From assembly GCA_031362565.1 (NCBI GenBank), contig JANLSU010000069.1, positions 32,001-96,000 on the forward strand: a stretch of 64,000 nucleotides of DNA, given 5' to 3'. The stretch comes from a bacterium. Lineage in GTDB: Bacteria > Krumholzibacteriota > Krumholzibacteriia > G020349025. Below the pieces are notes generated by a model, which saw only the letters and a list, made by a program, of their open reading frames with translations, was not told where the DNA came from and searched no databases. Position 1 is the stretch's first letter; the number at the start of each line of letters is the position of its first letter. This document shows, piece after piece, positions 29,790-37,925 of the stretch. Position numbers and translations under genes: made by a program.

Positions 29790-32102
29790 GTGCGACGCCT
29801 TAGGCCACTGGCATTCTTGCTGCTTTTGCTACCCGCTCTCGCTTCGGCGCAGTCCATCGTGTCGGTCGTGCCGAACAGCGCCACCCGCGGGGCAGCAGTC
29901 GACGTTCAAATCACCGGATCTCAGACGCTCTTCCTGCAGGATTCAGAAGTGACGAGCCTTGTTTGGCTGTCGCAGGGAGGCTCGCGAATCGACGCGGACA
30001 GCGTCGATGTCTCGAGCACAACGCTCCTGAATGCCGCGTTCAACATTCCCGGCGCTGCTCCGCTCGGCCTCTGGGACGTCAACGCCCAGCAGGTGGATAG
30101 CACGGTGGTCACCCTTGTCGGGGGCTTCACGATTGTTGGTGGATGCTCGATCACCGATCTCGCAGCGGGTGCACAGACGCCTTGCAACTCGGAAGCCAAC
30201 ACGTACACGCAGGCGGTGGTTGTCACTTACGAAAGTCCGCCATCCACCGGCAACCTGGTGGTGAATGGGCAGACGTTCTCCCTCGGCACGAGTCCGCAGA
30301 CTGTCACGCTCACCGGCCTGACCGCGAATGGTGCTGCGGTCAATGTGACGGCGAGCTTCTCCGCGGATTCGGGGTGCTCGCGCACGGAGAACGCTCTGTT
30401 CACCGCTCCGGCGAGCTGCGCGGTGAGCCCGTGCTCGATCAGCGACCTCGCAGCGGGTGCTCAGACGGCCTGCAATGCGACCTCGAATACCTACACGCAG
30501 GTCGTGGTCGTGACGTTCGCGAACGCGCCGGCGTCCGGCAACCTGGTCGTGAACGGGCAGACATTCTTGATCGGCACGAGCCCGCAGAGCGTCACCCTTG
30601 TCGGTCTGAACGCCAACGGCGCTGCAGTCAATGTGACGGCGAGCTTCTCCGCGGATTCGGGGTGCTCGCGCACGGAAAATGCCCTGTTCACCGCTCCGGC
30701 GAGCTGCGCGGTGAGCCCGTGCTCGATCAGTGATCTCGCAGCGGGTGCTCAGACGGCCTGCAATGCGACCTCGAACACCTACACGCAGGTCGTGGTCGTG
30801 ACGTTCGCGAACCCGCCCACGTCCGGCAATCTGGTTGTAAATGGGCAGACGTTCGCGATCGGGACGAGCCCACGGAGCGTCACGCTCACGGGCCTAAACG
30901 CCAACGGCGCCGTGGTCAATGTGACGGCAAGCTTCTCCGCGGATTCGGGGTGCTCGCGCACGGAGAACGCTCTGTTCACCGCTCCGGCGAGCTGCGCGGC
31001 GAGCCCATGTTCGATCAGTGATCTCGCGGCGGGTGCTCAGACAGTCTGCAATGCGACCACGAACACCTACACGCAGGACGTGGTCGTGACGTTCGCAAAC
31101 CCGCCGACGTCCGGCAACCTGGTCGTGAATGGTCAGACGTTCCCGATCGGCACGAGCCCGCGGAGCGTCACGCTCACGGGCCTCAATGCGAACGGCGCTC
31201 CGGTCAACGTGACGGCGCGCTTCTCGGCCGATACCGGCTGCCAGCGGACGGCGAACGCGCTCTTCACGGCTCCGCAAAGTTGCGGGCAGGGAGGCGTGCT
31301 GGACTGCTCGGACGCCGAACCTTCGAAGGACGAGTTGTCGGCAACACGACGCCATCGATTCAAGAAGGTCCGGATCGAGGACGTCGAGGGCTCGAATGGA
31401 CGCGATGCCACGATCACGATCACGCAGGTCACCTCCGACGAACCGGTCGGCAGTACTTGCCCCGATGCGGTGATTCACAGCAACGGTACCGTGGATCTGC
31501 GCGCCGAGAGCGATAGCACCGGGAACGGACGCGTGTACACGATCCTATTCACCGCGACCGACAACACCGGCGCTTCGTGCAGCGACTCGGTGTTCGTCTG
31601 CGTGCCGCGCGCTTCGCGGCATGACGGCGATGATGACGACGATGACCACCGCCGGCCCGGCAACCGACCTGGCAACCGGACTCTTGGTGGGGATGACGAT
31701 GACGATGACGATCGTGGCGGTGATCACGACGGTGACAACGACGGGCACGGGCACAGGCCTCATTGCGTTCGTGACGCGGGCCAATACGACGCCACGGTGT
31801 GCACTGTTGGCGGGGCGGGTCAGGGACAGCCATCCACCCGACCCATCGTCACGAAGGCCACGGGCGGTCAGGTAACGATTCAGCTGACGACCGTCGGGAC
31901 GGGCCCGGTCGATGTCCGGATCTACGATTTGCGAGGACGACTCGTACGCCGCCTGGCTGCCGAGCAGATGCCGGCCGGTGCGCACGCGCTGCACTGGGAC
32001 GGCCGCGATGCCAATGGCAACGAAACAGCAAGCGGCATTTACCTCGTGCGGGCTGTGATGGACGGCGCGTTGCATACGTCCAAGACGGTGTGGATGCGCT
32101 AG
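29790..32102 (+). CDS. secreted repeat protein: Ig-like domain, four 96-aa Cys-containing repeats, Asp/His-rich linker, FlgD-Ig C-terminal domain
   Basis: GGAGG, GTG29790; signal peptide; tail IYDLRGRLVRRL..WDGRD..SGIYLV..KTVWMR. Confidence 0.85.
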   Translation: MRRLRPLAFLLLLLPALASAQSIVSVVPNSATRGAAVDVQITGSQTLFLQDSEVTSLVWLSQGGSRIDADSVDVSSTTLLNAAFNIPGAAPLGLWDVNAQQVDSTVVTLVGGFTIVGGCSITDLAAGAQTPCNSEANTYTQAVVVTYESPPSTGNLVVNGQTFSLGTSPQTVTLTGLTANGAAVNVTASFSADSGCSRTENALFTAPASCAVSPCSISDLAAGAQTACNATSNTYTQVVVVTFANAPASGNLVVNGQTFLIGTSPQSVTLVGLNANGAAVNVTASFSADSGCSRTENALFTAPASCAVSPCSISDLAAGAQTACNATSNTYTQVVVVTFANPPTSGNLVVNGQTFAIGTSPRSVTLTGLNANGAVVNVTASFSADSGCSRTENALFTAPASCAASPCSISDLAAGAQTVCNATTNTYTQDVVVTFANPPTSGNLVVNGQTFPIGTSPRSVTLTGLNANGAPVNVTARFSADTGCQRTANALFTAPQSCGQGGVLDCSDAEPSKDELSATRRHRFKKVRIEDVEGSNGRDATITITQVTSDEPVGSTCPDAVIHSNGTVDLRAESDSTGNGRVYTILFTATDNTGASCSDSVFVCVPRASRHDGDDDDDDHRRPGNRPGNRTLGGDDDDDDDRGGDHDGDNDGHGHRPHCVRDAGQYDATVCTVGGAGQGQPSTRPIVTKATGGQVTIQLTTVGTGPVDVRIYDLRGRLVRRLAAEQMPAGAHALHWDGRDANGNETASGIYLVRAVMDGALHTSKTVWMR
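30144..31283 (+). repeat. intragenic tandem repeat, 4 x 288 bp
   Basis: units start at 30144, 30432, 30720, 31008 (CSI.DLAAGAQT..LFTAP.SC). Confidence 0.95.
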
Positions 32103-32126
32103 ACGGTCGATCGGAACGTTCGAACG

Positions 32127-32153
32127 AACGGGGGCCCCGCCGGCCCCCCGTTT
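32127..32153 (+). terminator. GC-rich hairpin between convergent genes
   Basis: AACGGGGGCC / GGCCCCCCGTT followed by a short T run. Confidence 0.5.
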
Positions 32154-32155
32154 GC

Positions 32156-34042
32156 TCATGGCTCTTGCCGCCCGAGCGCGGTGGTCACCAAGCGGATGCA
32201 TTCCTTGAACCGCGCAGAATTCGCATACGCAGTGGCGGGTGCGAGTACCTCATAGGCTTCTTGGTCGCGGCCCAAACTGTGAAGCAGCGAGCCCAGGTTG
32301 GTGCGCGCCTCCTCGAACCGCGGCGCGATGGCGATCGCACTCTCGAAGTTGCGGATTGCAGCGTCGTTGTCGCCGCGGAGTGCCTCGCACGTCGCAATGT
32401 TGCTCAAGACGTGCTCATGGTTGGGGTGCACTTCGAGGGCACTGCGGAAATCGGCCAGGGCTCCCACCCGGTCACCCATCTCGAAACGCGCCACGCCGCG
32501 ATACCAGACCACCGGAACGCCGCTCGGATCGATGTCGTAGTAGCGGCGGTCGACGCGGTCGATGTGCGCCGCCATCGCCGGCCAATTCTTCGCCACCCGA
32601 GCTTCCAGCGCGCGGCGCAATTCGACCTCGGCGAAGTAGCGCGAGTAGGCGACCCGGCCGGCGATCAGCGTCGTCATCCACAGCACTGCAACGAGCGCCA
32701 GCGCCCACCGCCGCGAAACTGAATGCGCCGCCGGCTTGTCCCCGGCGCCACGATCGAACGAGACCAGCGTTCCGATCAGGAGGGCCAGATAGACCAGGTG
32801 AGTCATCCGCTCCTTTGGAAAGCTGAACAGCGAATCGAGCCCATACCCGGCCACCCCCGCCAACATGAGGGCCAGCACAAGACGATCACGGCCCGACGGC
32901 GTGCGCGCCATGGTCCGGGCCCCGACGCCGAGAACGCTCCCGAAGATCGCGAGGTACAGGAGGCCGCCCATCAGTCCCGTTTCGCTGGTCACCCAAAGGA
33001 TATCGTTGTGGGGACGCTGGAAGTGGAGGGTGCCGGTGTCCGAACGTAGGCCTTCAGCCCCGTACGACGGAACGACGATGCGCCAGTTGCCCAAGCCCAC
33101 CCCGAGGAGCGGATGCTCCCGGATCATTCGGACCGTTCGCGACCAGAGCTCGAGACGCTCGTGAATCGAAGCGTCTTCGAGCTGCACCATCGAACCGACC
33201 TGCGCGCGCATCGGCGCGCGAGCGCCGGGCGAGTAGAAAAGCAAGGCCAGGCTCACCGCGGCCGTCGCCAAGGCGGCCATTTGAATCAGGCGCGGACGGT
33301 ACGTGCCCAGGTGATCACCGGTCGATCGGGCGCGTTTCGTGACGAATGCCAGAACGGCGAGGCTGAAAACCAGGCCGCCAGGAAAGGCGATCCAAGCCGA
33401 GCGGGTCTGCAATACGACCAGAAGGAACACGGAGATCAACATCGTCACTGCGCTCGCAACACGCCATCTTCCCTCGTGTTCGAGCAAGCCATACGTGACG
33501 AACGGGAATGCAACAACCAGGAAGGACGCTAATAGGTTGCGGTGTCCCATCGTCGAGTCGACGGTGGTATCGCGCTTCATCCACTCGAAGAGAGCGACCT
33601 GATAGTACTGCAGGATGGCGAAGCCACCGACAAGGAATACGCTCACGATGACGAACTTGGCCAGCAGCGCCAATCTGCTTCTTTCACCGTCGATCGCCCG
33701 CGCACTCGCATGGATCAACCAAGCGAATGTCGCAAGTTTCAGGAGCTCGAAGGCCCCGTCGGGCGTCGGGCCATTGATGATGACCGAAAGCGTCGCGACC
33801 AGGATGAAGGCGATGAGACAACCGAGCGGAATCGCTGCGGCCCGATTCACGGACAGAATCGTCCTCGATCGCAAGACGCCGATCCCGAAAACCGTGACGA
33901 GGACCATCCCCAGCAAGGAAACGACGAGAAAGCCCGCCGGCAGCACCGGGTCGATGGTTGCGTTCGAGTAGACGAGTGGAAGGAGCAATGCGGTCACGAA
34001 CAAGTAGGCCCAGGTCCAGTGAGGCGGCCCAGTGCGCCCCAT
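32156..34042 (-). CDS. O-antigen ligase (Wzy_C) family protein with C-terminal TPRs
   Basis: STMGHRN, TRSAW, R..LW..HPLLGVGLGNW, PHND..SETG; TPR tail; start approximate. Confidence 0.85.
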   Translation of the reverse strand: MGRTGPPHWTWAYLFVTALLLPLVYSNATIDPVLPAGFLVVSLLGMVLVTVFGIGVLRSRTILSVNRAAAIPLGCLIAFILVATLSVIINGPTPDGAFELLKLATFAWLIHASARAIDGERSRLALLAKFVIVSVFLVGGFAILQYYQVALFEWMKRDTTVDSTMGHRNLLASFLVVAFPFVTYGLLEHEGRWRVASAVTMLISVFLLVVLQTRSAWIAFPGGLVFSLAVLAFVTKRARSTGDHLGTYRPRLIQMAALATAAVSLALLFYSPGARAPMRAQVGSMVQLEDASIHERLELWSRTVRMIREHPLLGVGLGNWRIVVPSYGAEGLRSDTGTLHFQRPHNDILWVTSETGLMGGLLYLAIFGSVLGVGARTMARTPSGRDRLVLALMLAGVAGYGLDSLFSFPKERMTHLVYLALLIGTLVSFDRGAGDKPAAHSVSRRWALALVAVLWMTTLIAGRVAYSRYFAEVELRRALEARVAKNWPAMAAHIDRVDRRYYDIDPSGVPVVWYRGVARFEMGDRVGALADFRSALEVHPNHEHVLSNIATCEALRGDNDAAIRNFESAIAIAPRFEEARTNLGSLLHSLGRDQEAYEVLAPATAYANSARFKECIRLVTTALGRQEP

Positions 34043-34156
34043 TGCTCCCCTGAGGCGCGTGTGGGTTGTCTTGTTCGTAGGCACCACGCACGCGTCCTTC
34101 CGCACAATCCGGTCGCGCGACTCCGGGGGCCCAGGATAGCGCACCTCGTGGGATGG

Positions 34157-34290
34157 TGTGTGCCAGGACAACCTTGTGGCACGCCCGCACAGTGCCGGCG
34201 TCGAAGCGCAGGAAATAGATCCCGGCCGCAACCCGGTGGCCGGGCATCGTCCGTCCCGTCCCAGGTGCATTGGTGCCGGCCAGCTTGTAG
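34157..34290 (-). pseudogene. orphan relic of an FlgD-Ig/T9SS-like C-terminal domain
   Basis: AGRHQCTWDGTDDA [frameshift] GHRVAAGIYFLRFDAG..KVVLAH with no attached gene. Confidence 0.6.
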
Positions 34291-34368
34291 AGCGGCACCG
34301 CGGCCGCGGCGTCATTCCCAGGACCGTCGCCGTTATCGACCACGAGGCGCGAAAGCGAGTTCGCTGTG

Positions 34369-35829
34369 TCAAGTCGCGGCGACGACGGCCGGCGCCGCCG
34401 AGGGCGGCGATAGCGGCACCGGCGGGACGGCCTGCGACAGCGGGGCTTGGGCGAATAGCGATGCAATCAGTCGCTCGTATTGCTGCAGGCGCTCGTTCGC
34501 TTCGTGCCACGTGTCCCGCGTCTTGGGTCGGTGCGGCAAGCCGGGATCGGCCAGGCAAGCCGGGCGCTCGACATCGAGTCCGAAGTACCGCGGCACGTCA
34601 GCACCCCGAACCGCGACGTTGATTTCGCGGTAGCAACGGCAGAGTTGGGTATGCGCCGCCGCCATCCGGTCGAGGTGGGCGACGAACTCGCCGTGGAAAT
34701 GCTCGCGCGCGGCAGCCGCGGTGCTTGATTCGCTCTCACGGCTTCGCATCGCCTCGCGTAGCGCGCGCAGGTCATCGATCGCGGCGCGCTGGATCACCGT
34801 CAGTTGTTTGGAGCAGGTCGAATCCTCGATCTTGAACGCTGCGAGCGCCGCGGCCCGTCGCCGTCCGGCGGCTCCATAACCCGGATAGAGCTCGCCCATT
34901 CCCGCCGCGACGAACAGCGCAACCGTGCCCGACCCGGTGCCCAGAATCGCCAGCATCCAGGAACCGGAAGCCAGCGTCAATGGCGCGAGTGAGACATGGC
35001 GCCACAACTCGGCGAGTGCGGCTCCATCTTTGTTTGCAAGCAACACTTCACGGCAGTGCGCCCCCAGTCCATTGAGAGCCAGGATCCAGCCCAGAAACGC
35101 GGCCGCCGAAATTGTGCCGAGAAGCTTCGACCGAAAACCCCGACCGAGGAGTGGGGGAAGCCCACGCCGCGCGTACCAAACCGCCGGGCCAACATTGAGG
35201 AGCGAGAACAAGATGGACGGCAGCGCCCCCGCGAAGCCTGACCAGCCGGCTTCTAGGAGACGCCCGGAGACCAGGGCCACGGCCATTGCGAGCATGCCGA
35301 GGACGAGGCCACGAACCAACCGCTCGCCGCGCGACGGGAGGTGGGGGGGCTTCTCGAGTCCGTTGCGGGCCCGGAAGAGTTGGAACTCCGCCTCGGCGCT
35401 CTCGACGTGGAAGTGGCGAAATTCCAACAGCCGCACCTGCACGGCTCGGACGCGTGCTTGCAGCGCCTCGAGCCGGCCGGTGCACGCCCCTTCAATCGCC
35501 AGGCATTCGTCATCGGTGAGCAAAGTGCGGCAGATTGCAGCGTCATGCTTCGCGAGTTGCATGTCATACGCCAACGCCGCCTCCCGGACTCGCGATTCGA
35601 TCGCACGAGCGATGGCAGTTTCGAACCCATCCGGTGGTTCGGCCGTCGAAGGCGGATCGCCGCGTTGCGCCGCATCGGCCGCTCGTGCGTAGAGATCGAG
35701 CCTGCGAGCGATCTCCTGTACATCGAACGGCGGAAATCCCTGAAATGCGGGTACGGCGGCCAGATGTGACTGCCCGAGTGTCGCTGTGAGGCTTTGCAGC
35801 GAGCCTGATATGCTCTTCTCGGATTCCAT
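34369..35829 (-). CDS. hypothetical coiled-coil membrane protein
   Basis: 486-aa ORF with a central cluster of about 4 TM segments flanked by helical regions. Confidence 0.65.
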   Translation of the reverse strand: MESEKSISGSLQSLTATLGQSHLAAVPAFQGFPPFDVQEIARRLDLYARAADAAQRGDPPSTAEPPDGFETAIARAIESRVREAALAYDMQLAKHDAAICRTLLTDDECLAIEGACTGRLEALQARVRAVQVRLLEFRHFHVESAEAEFQLFRARNGLEKPPHLPSRGERLVRGLVLGMLAMAVALVSGRLLEAGWSGFAGALPSILFSLLNVGPAVWYARRGLPPLLGRGFRSKLLGTISAAAFLGWILALNGLGAHCREVLLANKDGAALAELWRHVSLAPLTLASGSWMLAILGTGSGTVALFVAAGMGELYPGYGAAGRRRAAALAAFKIEDSTCSKQLTVIQRAAIDDLRALREAMRSRESESSTAAAAREHFHGEFVAHLDRMAAAHTQLCRCYREINVAVRGADVPRYFGLDVERPACLADPGLPHRPKTRDTWHEANERLQQYERLIASLFAQAPLSQAVPPVPLSPPSAAPAVVAAT

Positions 35830-36000
35830 ACGGATCGTTGACTGTGCAGAAAACCTGCCGACGGTGCCGGGATGTCGAGGCCCCGCATCCCCGGGCGTGA
35901 AGGCGATTCGACAAAGATCGTGTTCGCCCCACCCTTCCTCGGTGTTGCAGTTTGCGATTGCGGCTCTGCCGCGATTCTGCTGCGTCGCCCCCGACGGAAG

Positions 36001-36037
36001 AGAAACGGCGGCGCTTCGCGGGAAGCGCCGCCGTCTC
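36001..36037 (-). terminator. intrinsic terminator downstream of the thioester-domain gene
   Basis: 13-bp perfect stem ACGGCGGCGCTTC/GAAGCGCCGCCGT, 4-nt loop, pyrimidine/U run on minus strand. Confidence 0.65.
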
Positions 36038-36075
36038 GTGGACCGTCGAGGCGTATTGAGGGTCGCGCTCCGCGC

Positions 36076-36954
36076 CTACCGGTACGTGTTCTTCACCCGG
36101 CTCCAGGTTGCCGAGACCGCGCCGACCGAGCAGTCACCGAAGGTCGTGGTCACATGACCGGTGCTCGAGGCGCCTTGAATGAGGTCCTGGCATCCTGGAA
36201 TGATCCATTTCAGTCCAACGGGAATCGTATAGGCCACATCCAGGGTGACCACATCGGTTCCGACTTCTGTCCACGACAAACTAAATTTGCCATTCGCGTC
36301 CGTCGTTCCGCTGCCACTGCCGGGGATGACGTGACCGATCGTCCAACTGATCGGCACGTTGGGCATGGGTTGACCGTTCTGGTCGAAGAGCGTCGCGGTG
36401 ATCGTCACGGCGCTGCCCGGCGTCGGGCAGGGCGGCGAGGGTTGCGGCGTGAAGATGAGTGACGTCGGAGTCGGCGGCACCGTGGCGGTTTGCGCCGCCG
36501 CGATGATGGCTCGCGCCGCGTCGAAGACCGCGGTGTCGCTTCCGCCGGTTGAAATATCGACCCCATCGCTGAAGTGCCAGAGCGCGAGCTGCACAGCTGC
36601 CTTGCGCTGCACGTCCGTGGCCAGTTCACTCGGCATTCCGGGCACGGTGGGGTAGTAGTTGTTCAGGATCCACACGACTTCTTGAGACGTGATGTTGGGG
36701 CCCTGGGCATATGTCGCTGGATAGCAAAGGTTCGTTCCCGAGCGCACGCAGTACACGACGGTTGGCGTGACGCAGTCGATCTTGCCGTTGAACGTCCCGG
36801 CGTAGACCTGCTGGCCGCCGCGGAGATTGGGGTGCGACAGGATCATGTCATCGCCGACGATGTCGCCCAGATTCGGCGAAAGGCAGAGGTTCGAGGCGTG
36901 AGCGGCAAGAGGCGATAGGAGTACGATTAGTAATAGGATTAGCACTCGTCGCAT
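36076..36954 (-). CDS. secreted thioester-domain (TED/TQXA-like) protein with Ig-like domain and WxxxKxxYR tail
   Basis: AAAGGA RBS; signal peptide; VYCV, WILNNYYP, AAVQLALWHFSD; Ig-like ITATLFDQNGQP..TTDANGKF; ends ATWSRVKNTYR. Confidence 0.75.
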   Translation of the reverse strand: MRRVLILLLIVLLSPLAAHASNLCLSPNLGDIVGDDMILSHPNLRGGQQVYAGTFNGKIDCVTPTVVYCVRSGTNLCYPATYAQGPNITSQEVVWILNNYYPTVPGMPSELATDVQRKAAVQLALWHFSDGVDISTGGSDTAVFDAARAIIAAAQTATVPPTPTSLIFTPQPSPPCPTPGSAVTITATLFDQNGQPMPNVPISWTIGHVIPGSGSGTTDANGKFSLSWTEVGTDVVTLDVAYTIPVGLKWIIPGCQDLIQGASSTGHVTTTFGDCSVGAVSATWSRVKNTYR

Positions 36955-37184
36955 TTCAATCCTTTCGAGGGATGGGCAGTACCCGTCCCATAAGGTGTTT
37001 CCTACAAGAACTGCATCTTGTTCGTCGAACCTGCGCCAGCCGCGAGGTTCCGCCGCTGTCAAGAATGAATGCGACGATTGTAAGCGATGGACTGCCGCGT
37101 AGACAAGGACTTAGGAGGGGCACCTTGGCAAATTCGCTCGGCCGGTGGGCCACCTCCTCAAACTTCTGGATTGACCGGCCTTGG

Positions 37185-37544
37185 TCAGGTGAAGCGGGCG
37201 GCTGGCGTTCGCATCCAGCGTTCCACCTGGTCAGGCGTTAGTCTTCGCTCGTTCAAATACCACGCCGCGAATTCCGCTTCTCCGAGCCGCCAAAGGACGT
37301 TCGCCGGCGGCGTTCCCCAGCAGGCGACCACAATGCGGTCGCTGAGCCATTGGTAGTGAGCGGCGCAGAGACACAACACGTCGCGGAGTTCGGGCGGCGG
37401 ATCGTCGTTCGGTTCGAGGCCTCCCGGAATGTGGACCCGGCCGCGCGCGGTGCAGCCTGGCGCGTCGCAACGGCCTCGCGGCCTCGAGTGGGCGTACTCT
37501 TTGTCGCTCGGTGGTAACGGAGCGCGAGGCGGTGTCCTGCCCAT
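37185..37544 (-). CDS. degenerate HNH-like zinc-binding domain protein
   Basis: GGAGAG RBS; RCDAPGC...LCLCAAH...WRLG...WYLNERRL; HNH His residues absent. Confidence 0.5.
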   Translation of the reverse strand: MGRTPPRAPLPPSDKEYAHSRPRGRCDAPGCTARGRVHIPGGLEPNDDPPPELRDVLCLCAAHYQWLSDRIVVACWGTPPANVLWRLGEAEFAAWYLNERRLTPDQVERWMRTPAARFT

Positions 37545-37925
37545 TTGCTCTCCCACGTTTGACCCGCGCGGCCCCAGGACCGCGCACCATGGGGGCATCG
37601 ATCGTGCCCGAATGAAAGCAGCCTGGGGCGGCCGCATTGTCACCAGCGCTTCGACGAAGCCTTGTACCCTTCGTGCCCAACGGCTGTAAACCTCGATTTA
37701 CAGATGGGCGCTGATCAGGTCGCACCGGCTGTTCAGTGTGCCGGTGTATCCGAAGGACACCGTGACCGCCTGCGCCGGTGCGCCCGCACCCGCAAACAGG
37801 AGGGCGAAAGCCAGGATCGCCGCGCCGGCCGGGTGTGCGCATCGGGTTGCGTTTCGCTGCTCTGGATCTTGGAAAAGCCTAGGCGATTTTCGAGCCGGGT
37901 GCAATGCGCGAACTGGCTCTTGGAT

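Noticed and set aside
30144..31283. Tandem repeats as a CRISPR array or DGR template/variable pair
   Set aside because: In-frame coding repeats without spacers; no cas or reverse transcriptase gene and no evident adenine-specific variation.
37698..37904. 68-aa ORF with a signal-peptide-like segment
   Set aside because: Ends shortly after the signal; at best a gene scrap, not callable.
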